From NCBI GenBank assembly GCA_964016885.1, contig OZ024764.1:22010001-22074000 (forward strand): a stretch of DNA of 64,000 nucleotides. Direction: 5' to 3'. Under the pieces are notes generated by a model. It worked only from the letters and a program-made list of their open reading frames with translations, did no database searches and was not told the DNA's origin. A program made the translations under genes and the position numbers. Below are positions 26,474 to 38,867 of the stretch, piece after piece; within the stretch, counting starts at the first letter, position 1; every line of letters starts with the position of its first letter. Source of the DNA: Eledone cirrhosa. Taxonomy: Eukaryota.

Positions 26474-26508
26474 GATCGTTCCTTCATATATATATATATA
26501 CACACACA

Positions 26509-28536
26509 CTGTTGTACCTTGACTTATGAGTTTAATTTGTTCCGTGGAGGACCTCGTAACTTAAATTACTCGTATGTCAAATCAATTTTCCCCACTGAAA
26601 TAAATTAAAATGCCATTAATCCGTTCCAGACCCCACAAAACCACAGTTTGTTTTGTTACGTGTTTTAAATAAGAAAAATGTACTTATAAATAACAAATAT
26701 TGTATATAAAAAAAACAATACAATAGAATGTCCTACAATAAACTGGTTTTATTAAGTATAATGTACAGCATCTATCTTGGAGCTCAGACGACTTGAGGAT
26801 GTTGACGGAGGAGAAAGGATGAACTGAATAACTGAATCTTATTCGCTGATTTTTGCTCTTTTCGCCACAATTTCCTTATTTTTATCTGCAGGGATTTTCG
26901 ATAAGAACCTGTCTAATGAGGTTTGTTTCATCTCACTTGTTGAGATAACCTCCTCTGTGTCACCTATTTCCTGCAAAAACTCCGTGTATTGCTGTGTCTG
27001 TAGCTCCTTTAATTCCTTCGTTGTCATTTCCTCAGAGTGCTCCTTGATGAGCTCGTTGATGTCACCTTCATCCATGTCCAGGCCCATGGACTTACCGAGG
27101 GGTACAATCTCCTCCACCACTGCCGCTTCGGGTTCCAGTCTTTCAAAGTCTGTTTTAGACACAACTTCAGGCCACAGCTTCTTCCATGTAGAGGTCAAGG
27201 TTCTCTTTGTAAGACCCTGCCAGGTCATATCGATAATTCTGAGGCATATCACGATGTTATAATGGTCCTTCCAGACCTCTCAAGGGTGAAGTTTGTGCTC
27301 TCCGTCACTTCAAAGCAGCGACTGAACAGGTGCTTGGTGAAGAGCTTCTTGAAATTAGAAAGTACCTGCTGGTCCTTGGTCTGTAGGTTAGGGGTGGTGT
27401 TTGGTGAAAGGTAGAGGACCTTTATAAACTTGAACTCTTCGAGGTTAGGTGGATGAGCGGTTGCACTGTCTAGGACAAGAAGGGTTTACAGGGGTAGGTT
27501 ATTTTCCTGGAGATATTTTTTTACGTCAGGACCAAAGACCAAATTCACCCACTCCACAAAGAACTACCTGGTGACCCATGACCTCGGGTTTGCCCTCCAC
27601 AAAACCTGCAGTTTTTCTTTCAGAATCTTATGTGACTTAAAGGTTCTGGAGTTTTCTGAACGATAAACGAGCAGCGGCTTAATCTTACAGTCACCGCTCA
27701 GTGGCACACAGTGCGAGGGTTAGCCTATCCTTCATGGGTTTGTGGCGAGGCATCCTCTTCTCCTCTGCCGTTATATAAGTCCTCCTTGGCATCTTCTTCC
27801 CAAAAAGTCCTGTTTCATCACAGTTAAAGACTTGCTGAGGGATGTATCCTTTGGCTGCTATAATTCCGGCAAAGGTTTTGAGGTAATCCTCAGCTGCCTT
27901 CATATCCGCGCTCGCTACCTCACCATGCCTGACAACTGAGTGAATGCCGGTCCTCTTTTTAAAATTCTCAAACCAACCCCGACTGGCATTAAAGGGCTTG
28001 CCGATGCCTCGTCCGTAGAAGTACCTGGGGTCTGCTGCAGCAAATCAGCGTAAATAGCTCGTGCCTTCTCACATATTATAATCTTCATCACGGTATCTCT
28101 TGCGAGCTGCTTCTCCGTCAACCACACCATCAGCAGCTTTTCCACATTTTCATGGATAGATGTCCGCTGTTTAGAAATTCTTTTACCACCCTTAGCTGGG
28201 GTTATAGCCTTTATCAAGTCCTTCTTCTTCAGTATGGTACATATCGTAGAAGTGCTACGCTCGTACTACTTCACCAATTCCACTACACACACCTTGGTCA
28301 TGTTTTTCTATAATTTCTTTCTTTAATTCAATAGACATCATCTGCTTCTTCTTCTCAGAACTGTCCTTCGCCCTCACTTTCTTCGAAGCCATGGGATGCT
28401 GGACGGGTGTTATGGTATTCCCTGTGGCGGTCGCTATCCCAACGAGAACTGGAACAAAACGCAAAAAATCAGCCGAGGGCCAGCTCGTATCTCGAAAACT
28501 CTTTACTTGGGACACTCGTAAGTCAAGGTACCACTG
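26509..28536 (-). mobile_element. Decayed Tigger/pogo DNA transposon
   Basis: CENPB-type HTH and VFNCDETGLF...KPMKDRLTL; TIR CAGTGGTACCTTGACTTACGAG flanked by TA. Confidence 0.92.
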
Positions 28537-28619
28537 TATATATATATATATGTGTGTGTTTGTATGTGTGTGTATATGTATATTATAAAATTATAGAAAA
28601 CAGCGATCTTCTGATTTCT

Positions 28620-28838
28620 TAATGCTGTAAAGTGGTCATGTAGGTGCCATGGCAAAAAGCACCCAGTACTCAATGTAAATAAGGTTGGTGCTAGGAAGGG
28701 CATCCAGCTGTAGAAACAAAACCAAAATTTGTTCTGTAGGAGCAACACGTGGTCACCTGACCTGGCATTGCTTACAACAGGATAACTCGTCTAACCCATG
28801 CCAGCGTGGAAAAACTGATGTAAAACAGTGATGATGAT
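28620..28838 (+). mobile_element. SINE 3' half
   Basis: GGTTGGTGCTAGGAAGGGCATCCAGCTGTAGAAA...ACCCATGCCAGCGTGGAAA...(GAT)n. Confidence 0.75.
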
Positions 28839-29609
28839 ATAACATTTGTTTAATAATGAATTCCAATCTCATTGTTAACAGCTATAGATGTCAGGATGTG
28901 AACCTTCTTACTGAAATATCTTCTCCATATTAGTAGCTGAAGAAGATTTAGAAAACTTTCACACAATAAACGTATATATATATATACACACACAATTTAT
29001 TAAACAACACCACCAGCGCCCACTCTCTCACCACCACTGTCTCTCCCTATATTTATGAAGGTACCCAGAAAACCCCGTATCTTGGGAACCTGTGCTCCAA
29101 TTTATACAAATCTTGTTTTATTCTTTTCAAAGTATTTCCCCATTATGCACTGTTTTAGCTGTATTAAATTACGGACAAGACACAATCACAGAGTTTTAGT
29201 AGTATATAGATAATATAGCTTCAAATTAAAGTTAGTAAACGACAGTTTGGAGAAATCTGTAACATTTATTAAACATTGTTCAAGTTTGTCAATTCTATAG
29301 CACAATAGTTTGTTAGTTAAAGTGTTTAGTTAGATATTCTACATATAAAGAGAGAATACTTTACCACAAATATTAGTGGTATAATGATTTTCCCATCTCT
29401 TCTGGAAAATATTCCTATGTTGATGTAAATATTTCTATTGTTCATAATTTTACCAAATGTGATCTTTGTCAATATCCAAATATTTTGAAAACTCCTTTGT
29501 AAATATCCAAAGGGTTGGCACAAAAACCTAATTGAAGACAGCAAGTTTGGCTTTTATGCCTACCTCCCTTCTTCTGATTACTGAATATTGGAGCTGGTGC
29601 ATTACTGAT

Positions 29610-30338
29610 ATTTCACTGCCCACACTGCAAAGTGGTTGGGTAGGAGATATGACAAAAAGCACCCAACCCACACTGTAAAGAACACACAGTCAACATTATA
29701 AGGTGGTCATGTAGGTGATATGACAAAAAGAAACCAGCCCACACTGCAAAGAACACACAGTCAACATTATAAGGCGGTCATGTAGGTGATATGACAAAAA
29801 GAAACCAGCCCACACTGTAAAGAACACACAGTCAATACTATAAACTGGTCATGTAGGTGACATGACAAAAAGAAACCAGCCCACACTGTAAAGCGGTTGC
29901 ATAGGTGTCACGGCAAAAAGCACCCAGCCCACACTGTAAAGTGGTCATGTAGGTGACAACAAAAAGTACCCAGCCAAAACTTTAAAATGGTCATGTTGGT
30001 GTCACAACAAAAAGTACCCAGTCCACACTATAAAGTGGTCATGTTGGTGTCACAACAAAAAGTAACCAATGCACACTGTAAAGTGGTCATGTAGCTGTCA
30101 CAACAAAAAGCACCCAGCCCACACTGTAAAGTGGTCGTGATGGTGAGATGGTAAAATGCACCCAGTACTCAATGTAAATAAGGTTGGTGCTAGGAAGGGC
30201 ATCCAGCTGTAGAAACCAATCCAAAATTTGTTCTGTAGGAGCAACACGTGATCACCTGACCTGGCAATGCTTACAACAGGATAACTCGTCTAACCCATGC
30301 CAGCGTGAAAAAACTGATGTAAAACAGTGATGATGATA
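29610..30338 (+). repeat. SINE with internally expanded 48-bp minisatellite
   Basis: The array runs directly into the SINE body and (GAT)n tail. Confidence 0.85.
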
Positions 30339-30682
30339 TAACATTTGTTTAATAATGAATTCCAATCTCATTGTTAACAGCTATAGATGTCAGGATGTGA
30401 ACCTTTTTACTGAAATATCTTCTCCATGTTAGTGGCTGAAGAAGATTTAGAAAACTTTCACACAATAACAGTATTCCCTAACTTCTCCCCTAAAAAATAC
30501 AAGACAAGCAGGGCCAGACTTTTACCTACTGAAGCCCTAAGCTATATGAAGTTAGAGGTTCTTCTCTAAAAATATATAATTATCTTTTATATTAATGTTG
30601 GTGTGAGCCTCACGAGATGGAATGGCTCTTCCAGCACATCTAGAACAACATGACCCTCTAATATCTAGTATTTAGTAACAAA

Positions 30683-31162
30683 CTAGATCACCCGCGACCT
30701 GTTGGATCACGTTCCTTTATCACTATTTTTTAAAAGTCATTTAAAATAATTTTTAAACAGTTAAAATATACACATACGTATATATATATATATATATATA
30801 TATATCATCATCATCATCACCGTTTTATGTCCGTTCTTCCACGCTAGCATGGGTTAGACGAGTTGTCCTGTTGTGGGCAGCGTCTGGTCGGCTGACCATG
30901 CCTTGCTCATACAGGAACTGATTTGGCTTGATTTCTACAGCTGGATGCCCTTCCTAACACCAACCTCATTTACAGTGAGTGTTGGCTGCTTTTTCGTGGC
31001 GCCTACATGTCCACTTTACAGTGTGGGCTGGGTGCTTTTTTGCCGTGGCACCTCCACGACCACCTTGCGGTGGGAGGTGTGGGGGCATATTGTCTATATG
31101 CTTCATACGTGTATATATATATAGATACATATATATGCACATACGTATATATATATAGATAC

Positions 31163-31194
<32 letters not shown>

Positions 31195-31415
31195 ATTTTA
31201 AACAACACCACCAGCTGCGACTCTCTCACCACCACTGTCTCGCTCTCTCCCTATATTTATGAAGGTACCCAGAAAACCCCGTATCTTGGGAACCTGTACT
31301 CCATTTTATACAAAAACTTGTTTTATTCCTTTCAAAGTATTTCCTCATTATGCACTGTTTTAGCTGTATTAAATTACGGACAAGACACAATCACAGAGTT
31401 TTAGTAGTATATAGT
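30683..31415 (-). mobile_element. Helitron-like element with nested insertion
   Basis: Paralog of 666-1066. Confidence 0.68.
30805..31105 (-). mobile_element. Young RTE/SINE-chimera 3' end
   Basis: Reverse complement of 8255-8566; inserted in (TA)n; absent in paralogs. Confidence 0.88.
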
Positions 31416-32102
31416 TAATATAGCTTCAAATTAAAGTTAGTAAACGACAGTTTGGAGAAATCTGTAACATTTATTAAACATTCCTCAAGTTTGTCAATTC
31501 TATAGCACAATAGTTTGTTAGTTAAAGTGTTTAGTTAGCTGTTCTACATATAAAGAAGAGAGAATACTTTGCTACAAATATTACAGTGGTATAATGATTT
31601 TCCCATCTCTTCTGGAAAATATTCCTATGTTGATGTAAATATTTCTATTGTTCATAATTTTACCAAATGTGATCTTTGTGAATATCCAAATATTTTGAAA
31701 ACTCCTTTGTAAATATCCAAAGTTTAATCAGAATGTAAAATCATCTTGTAAATATTCCAGACAGTGAAAAAGGAATATGTTGTTATTTATCTGTCAAGGT
31801 CATGTGATATTCTGAAATAGTAGAGAAACATTATTAAGATATTTAGAAAATAGAGATACAACAGTGAAAACTTTACTACATCTCTATATTAATAGATATA
31901 AACCTTACATGGCGACACAAACACTGCAACACTAACTTACAGGAAACCATCTAGTTACTTGATCTAGTTACTTCAATCAGGTGAAGAGATAAACTAGATT
32001 GACTTCATTCTCATCAGAAAACAGGATAGACAGATGGTTGGGAATATTAACTCCTTTACTGGAGAAGGACGTACGACTCAACATAGACTAGATACTAGGT
32101 GT

Positions 32103-33070
32103 AATATCTAGAGGGACTGACAGATACAGGACTATCTGGAGATAGAAGGGTTGGAGAGTAAAAGATCTCCCTGTTAAATATAAGATCTACAGGGATTGTG
32201 AGGGAGGTACAAGACGACCTAGAGAAAAGGGTAGGGCTAGTAAAAGATCTCCCTGTTAAATATAAGATCTAGAGGGACTGTGAGAGAGGTACAAGACAAC
32301 CTAGAGAAAAGGGTAGGGATAGTAAAAGATCTCCCTGTTAAATATAAGATCTAGAGGTACTGTGAGAGTGGTATAAGGCAACCTAGAGAAAAGGGTAGGG
32401 ACAGTAAAAGAGCTCCCTGTTAAATATAAGATCTAGAGGGACTGTGAGAGAGGTAAAAGAAAACCTTGAGAAAATTTTAGGGCTAGTAAAAGATCTCCCT
32501 GTTAAATATAAGATCTAGAAATACTGTGAAAGAGATACAAGAGAATCTAGAGAAAAGGGTAGGGACAGTAAAAGATCTCCCTGTTAAATATAAGATCTAG
32601 AGGGACTGTGAGAGAGGTACAAGACAACCTAGAGAAAAGGGTAGGGATAGTAAAACATCTCCCTGTTAAATATAAGATCTAGAGGGACTGTGAGAGAGGT
32701 ACAAGACAACCTAGAGAAAAGGGTAGGGACAGTAAAAGATCTCCCTGTTAAATATAAGATCTAGAGGGATACCTAGAGAAAATTTTAGGGCTAGTAAAAG
32801 ATCTCCGTGTTAAATATAAGATCTAGAAATACTGTGAAAGAGATACAAGAGAATCTAGAGAAAAGGGTAGGGACAGTAAAAGATCTCCCTGTTAAATATA
32901 AGATCTAGAGGGATACCTAGAGAAAAGGGTAGGGACAGTAAAAGATCTCCCTGTTAAATATAAGATCTAGAGGGACTATGAGAGAGGTACAAGACAACCT
33001 AGAGAAAAGGGTAGGGACAGCAAAAGATCTCCCTGTTAAATATAAGATCTAGAGGGACTGTGAGAGTGGT
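32103..33070 (+). repeat. 82-bp minisatellite (about 12 units)
   Basis: Same unit, with variant and short units. Confidence 0.92.
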
Positions 33071-33709
33071 ACATATGATAAGGAGGAGGAGATTGATAGC
33101 TATGACATAGAAGATATCTGGAAGTTTCTTTCAGACAGCCTGTTTTGAACCACTGATGAGATTTGTAGTTGATGTAAGCTGCCAGCCAGATGAATGTTGC
33201 CTTGGTGATAGAATAGTCCAGTAGATAGAAGTTGAAATCTAAAACACCTGAAGAGACAGGAGGGGAACAACAATGTCAAATAGTTAAAATGGAAGCTAGA
33301 TATTGGGCTTACAAGTTATTGATTTCTGTTGATATTGTTAAAATCTGTTTAATCTGTGATATTTGAGACAATGTACAGGACAATAGAATTAATATCAATG
33401 TCAGACTAGCAACAACAAAAGTTTTCATTTTATTGGCATGTTTAAATTACAGAAGTTCCCAACCTTTACTAAAAATACAAATATATATCTTACCTGTTAA
33501 AGTATAATAAATCAAAGTTTAATGTGAAAAACTTTAATTTACACAAAATCTTCAAACACTGCTTCAAAAATGGAAACCTGGTGTTTATGGTCCTTGTCCT
33601 AGGTAAAACCTACAAGGTTAACCCCAGTTTTAGCCAGGATGATGGATCTACATATTGGTTGTTGTTGTTGTTGTTGTAGTATGATGTAATGAGTTTGATA
33701 TTGACATAG

Positions 33710-35077
33710 CTAAACTTTTGTATGAATACGCACATGCTTGGTTAAGTTACCTCTAAGAGAGAATGATTTACCACAGATGTCACAGTGATATGGCTTCTCT
33801 CCCGTATGAGTACGTTTGTGGGCAGTTAAGGTATTACCCTGACTGAATGATTTACCACAGATGTCACAGTGATATGTCTTCTCTCCTGTATGAATACGTT
33901 TGTGAGTAGTTAGGTGACTACTATGAGAGAATGATTTATCACAGATGTCACACTGATATGGCTTCTCTCCCGTATGAGTACGTTTGTGGGCAGTTAAGGT
34001 ATTACTCTGAGTGAATGATTTACCACAGATGTCACAGTGATATATCTTCTCTCCTGTATGAATACGTTTGTGAACTCTGACGCTACTTCTGTGACTGAAT
34101 GATTTGTCACAGATATCACACTGATATGGTTTCTCTCCTGTATGAATACGTTGGTGTTTAAGGAAGCTACTTCTGTCAGAGAATGATTTACTACAGATGT
34201 CACAGTGATATGGCTTCTCTCCTGTATGAGTATGTTTGTGGGTAGTTAGGTGATTACTCTGAGAGAATGAATTACCGCAGATGTCACAGTGATATGGCTT
34301 CTCTCCTGTATGAGTACGTTGGTGGGTAGTTAAGGTATTTCTGTGACTAAATGATTTACCACAGATGTCACAGTGATGTGGCTTCTCTCCTGTATGAATT
34401 TGTTTGTGAACTCTGACGCTAATATTGTAACTGAATGATTTACCACAGATATCACACTTATAAGGCTTCTCTCCTGTATGAATACGTTTGTGAGTAGTTA
34501 GGTGCTGACTACAAGTGAATGATTTACCACAGATATCACAATGATATGGGTTCTCTCCTGTATGAATACGTTTGTGAGTAGTTAAGGTATTACTGCGACT
34601 GAATGATTTACCACAGATATCACACTTATAAGGCTTCTCTCCTGTATGAATACGTTTGTGAGTAGTCAGGTGATGACTACAAGTGAATGATTTACCACAG
34701 ATATCACAATGATATGGGTTCTCTCCTGTATGAATACGTTTGTGAGTAGTTAAGGTATTACTGCGACTGAATGATTTACCACAGATATCACACTTATAAG
34801 GCTTCTCTCCTGTATGAATACGTTTGTGAGTAGTCAGGTGATGACTACAAGTGAATGATTTACCACAGATATCACAATGATATGGGTTCTCTCCTGTATG
34901 AATACGTTTGTGAGTAGTTAAGGTATTACTGCGACTGAATGATTTACCACAGATATCACAGTGATATGGCTTCTCTCCTGTATGAATACGTTTGTGAGTA
35001 GTTAGGTGATTACCACGAGAGAATGATTTACCACAGATATCACAGTGGAATGGTGATTTTACTATATTTTTCGACAT
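33710..35077 (-). CDS. C2H2 zinc-finger protein ZF3, 16 fingers
   Basis: 455 aa = 16x28+7; intact ORF. Confidence 0.9.
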   Translation of the reverse strand: MSKNIVKSPFHCDICGKSFSRGNHLTTHKRIHTGEKPYHCDICGKSFSRSNTLTTHKRIHTGENPYHCDICGKSFTCSHHLTTHKRIHTGEKPYKCDICGKSFSRSNTLTTHKRIHTGENPYHCDICGKSFTCSHHLTTHKRIHTGEKPYKCDICGKSFSRSNTLTTHKRIHTGENPYHCDICGKSFTCSQHLTTHKRIHTGEKPYKCDICGKSFSYNISVRVHKQIHTGEKPHHCDICGKSFSHRNTLTTHQRTHTGEKPYHCDICGNSFSQSNHLTTHKHTHTGEKPYHCDICSKSFSDRSSFLKHQRIHTGEKPYQCDICDKSFSHRSSVRVHKRIHTGEKIYHCDICGKSFTQSNTLTAHKRTHTGEKPYQCDICDKSFSHSSHLTTHKRIHTGEKTYHCDICGKSFSQGNTLTAHKRTHTGEKPYHCDICGKSFSLRGNLTKHVRIHTKV

Positions 35078-35734
35078 ATCTCCTACTAAAAGATATCAAT
35101 CAGTTTCTCACATAATTCACAGCTTAATACTGAGAAATTTAGTTATATTACCAAATCACTTCAAAGTGTTGAGTGTTTTCAGAATTATTTGAAAATGATG
35201 GTTAGTGTCTTTCATTAGAAATGGTTAATGTTGAGGATATGTCTGATGTAACGTGCTCTTTAATGCCAATGTCCTCTGGTATTCTGAAATAATAAAAGAA
35301 CATTATAAGATACTGAGAAACTTGTAATACATCAGTACAAATTTCATAGAATATTTCTATATTGATAAATGGACTGTAATAAATACTAAGGCCTTCTTTG
35401 GTGAAGAATGTGCTGACTAACATAGGTTAGTTATTAGTGGCAGTAGATTAAACTGACTGATAAAAGTAGTTATTAGTGGCAGTAGATTATACTGACAGAT
35501 AAAAGTAGTTATTAGTGACTTTAGATTAACCCTTTAGTATTCACATTACTCTATATTTACTATTATATTTTCACAGTAAATGCTTTATCTCTCATAATGT
35601 CAAATCTGAGATTTTGATGTTATTTATTTTGAGAACAATACCTTAACATAAGTATAAATGACCAGTTACAGCCAGTTTGAACAGAAAAATGTGGGAGAAT
35701 TCTGGCCAGATATGGCCAGTTTATATACTAAAGG

Positions 35735-36371
35735 GTTAAGGAAATTAGGTGTAGAAGAATGGCTTGTTAGAAGCTGTCAGTAAAGTGTTTTTAGTGAGGA
35801 ATTGAAGGTACAGGTAGGAGTTCATCATGGTTTAGTTCTTAGCCCACTGTTGTTCATCATAGTTCTCCAAGCCATAACAGAGAGGTTTAAGACTGGTTGT
35901 CTATGGAAACTTCTCTATGTAGATGACCAGCTATAGATATAGAATTTGAAATGGTAAGTTCTGAGAATATACTTAGCCAAAACTAAAGTGCTAATGGATA
36001 GGAGAGAAGACCCTGACACCTTCAGGAAAGTGGCCCGGCTCCATATGTAGAAAAAGAATAAGTAGAGATAACCACAATGACAGAGACCTAGTTATAATAG
36101 CAGGGGACTTCAATGGTCATGTTGGACAGCTCCAGGATGGATACACTGGGGTACATGGTGGTCATGGTTATGGCTCAAGAAACGAAGAAGGAGTGAGGCT
36201 TCTTGTATTTTGTGATGCAAGTGAACTAATCATTTGCAACACTTCAAGAAACCTACCAACCACCTAATAACCTACCAATCAGGTGAGCACATGAGACAGA
36301 TTGACTTCTTGCTAGTTAGGGAGTAAGACAGATAGATGGTGTCAAATACTAAGGCATACCCCAGGGAACAA
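35735..36371 (+). mobile_element. RTE LINE fragment
   Basis: Paralog of 20965-21603 with the same deletion junction. Confidence 0.8.
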
Positions 36372-36378
36372 AGTAGAG

Positions 36379-36738
36379 GGAAACAACTAGATTTGTAGAT
36401 AAAGAAGTGGGAGACAGGATTATCAGAGTTAAGAAGAGCTACACACTTCTCCAGTTGGCTGGGAAATAATTATCTTTCCTTAATTTTATTTCTAGACCTC
36501 TTAGATGTTTGCAATCGACTATTCTTACTGAAAACGGAAACCCTAATCCTAATACTGGGAAATTAAACGTCTATCGCAAGTATCTAAGGGGTCCAGAGAA
36601 AAAATACTGGAAAAGGGGTATAGCAAGAATTCTAAGAAAAATAATTATTCTCACCCAACGTGAGGTGTGAGTAGATCTGTGAAACTACATCTCTTTGTAT
36701 ACTTTCACCCTACTTTTTCTACAAATCTAGTCATTTCA
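36379..36738. mobile_element. Palindromic MITE
   Basis: Paralog of 9147-9504. Confidence 0.75.
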
Positions 36739-36988
36739 GTGAGGGTACCTGGTTATTTCAGCACCGTAGCCTCAACTTACTGAGGTGTCAGGTGATATCC
36801 GTAAGAGTACCTGGTTATCTCAGCACCTTAGCCTCACCTTAATGAGGTGTTAGGTGATACCCGTGAGGGTACCTGGTTATTTCAGCACCTTAGCCTCACC
36901 ATCACCTGTTGTAATGCTGCCAGTGTGTTGGCTTGCCTCAAAGTGTGTAGTTAACCCCTAGGGTGTGAGGTGTGGCCTATTATCACAC
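36738..36988 (+). repeat. CRE-derived 62-bp minisatellite and C-terminus
   Basis: Paralog of 9503-9797. Confidence 0.75.
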
Positions 36989-36989
36989 T

Positions 36990-37903
36990 GTAAATTCAAT
37001 TTATTCACATTTATAATAACATATATAATGACACAATGCTTAGAGGAAAGTCATAGAATCACTTATATCAACACAAGTGGATAAGTTCCTTCAGAATGAA
37101 AATATAAACAGAGCATATAAATAAATTTACAGTAGAATAACATAAGAAATATGTTTTAAATATATAAATAACATTACAAATGCCTCGGTAACACTATAAA
37201 GGATGATACAATGAAAGATAAATTCCTTCAATGTTGCAATATTAAAGAAAATGTAAAGGAAGGGGTGGACAACGGAGCCAACACCAGAGCAAAAGACAGC
37301 AACGAGGGGTACTGGGAAACCTCTCTAATGAGTTTTGAGGCAAGCCAGCACACTGGCAGTGTTACCTCGGGTGATAGCGAGGCTGAGGTGCTGGAACAGC
37401 CAAGCGCCCTCGCGATTTCGCCAGTTACCTCTATAAGGCGAGCCGCCAGTGAGGAAAGGAACCTCGCAGTCAGCGGCCCGACTCCCCCAAACGTCTTGAA
37501 AGCCACAGGCTGAAAAATGTAGCTGGTCGACAGATCAGAGTATTTGAGGGTCTTACTCCGCTCGGCTGCCGAAGCTGTGGCTCTCGTCCTTACCGCAGCA
37601 TCAAGGATGTGGGAAAGAGCAAAGGAGTCACTAACAGTGACGTCCCAGATTAGGCACCTGCCTCTCGACCAGGGGCACAGGGTAAGGCCGTCAGGTCTTT
37701 TGCCGTCACTTCTGGACAACCCAGATGGTTCCAAGACCGAGGGGATGTTTGCCCGGGCCAAAGCTCTCTTCAGAATAAAGTTTAGCTCCGTGTGACGGGC
37801 GAAGTGGCCGGCATTCAGGCGGCAAGAAAGACCGTGGAGGCCTGTGGAGTCGAGGAGTTAGCCACATCTCAAACCCATGCAGACGTCAGCTCCCACTCTG
37901 AGG
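36990..37903 (-). mobile_element. CRE-like retrotransposon 3' end (RLE domain and 3' UTR)
   Basis: ORF 37228..37761 KRPDG...WDVT...KY...FQPVAF; AATAAA near 37000. Confidence 0.8.
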
Positions 37904-38867
37904 GAAAGAAACTTCCAGATATCTTCTATGTCATAGCTATCAATCTCCTCCTCCTTATCATATGTATCATGTAGAACATCTCTGAATTTATATTTAACAG
38001 GGAGATGTTTTACTGTCCCTACCTCTTTCTCTAGGTTGTCTTGTACCTCTCTCACAGTCCTTGTAGATCTTATATTTAACAAGATCTTTTACTATCCCTA
38101 CCCTTTTCTCTAGGTTGTCTTGTACCTCTCTCACAGTCCCTCTAGATCTTATATTTAACAGGGAGATATTTTACTCTCCAACCCTTCTATCTCCAGATAG
38201 TCTTGTATCTGTCAGTCCCTCTAGATCTTACACCTAGTATCTAGTCTATGTTGAGTGGTACATCCTTCTCCAGTAAAGGAGTTAATATTCCCAACCATCT
38301 GTCAATCCTGTTTTCTGATGAGAATGAAGTCAATCTAGTTTATCTCTTCACCTGATTGAAGTAACTAGATGGTTTCCTGTAAGTTAGTGTTGCAGTGTTT
38401 GTGTCACGATGTAAGGTTTATATCTATTAATATAGAGATGTAGTAAAGTTTTCACTGTTGTATCTCTATTTTCTAAATATCTTAATAATGTTTCTCTACT
38501 ATTTCAGAATATCACATGACCTTGACAGAAAAGAGTCTTTTAAAGACAACAGAAAGATGTTACATACAAGTGATATAAACTTGTTTAGTCTGTGGTGAAT
38601 TATGGTGAAATATTTCTTCTGAATTGAGATAAATAACAACATATTCCTTTTTCACTGTTTGGAATATTTACAAGATGATTTTACATTCTGATTAAACTTT
38701 GGATATTTACAAAGGAGTTTTCAAAGTATTTGGATATTGACAAAGATCACATTTGGTAAAATTATGAACAATAGAAATATTTACATCAACATAGGAATAT
38801 TTTCCAGAAGAGATGGGAAAATCATTATACCACTGTAATATTTGTGGTAAAGTATTCTCTATTCTTT
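37904..38867 (-). repeat. Inverted copy of the ZF 3'-flank
   Basis: Reverse complement of about 1205-2587, including about 3 units of the 82-bp repeat. Confidence 0.88.
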
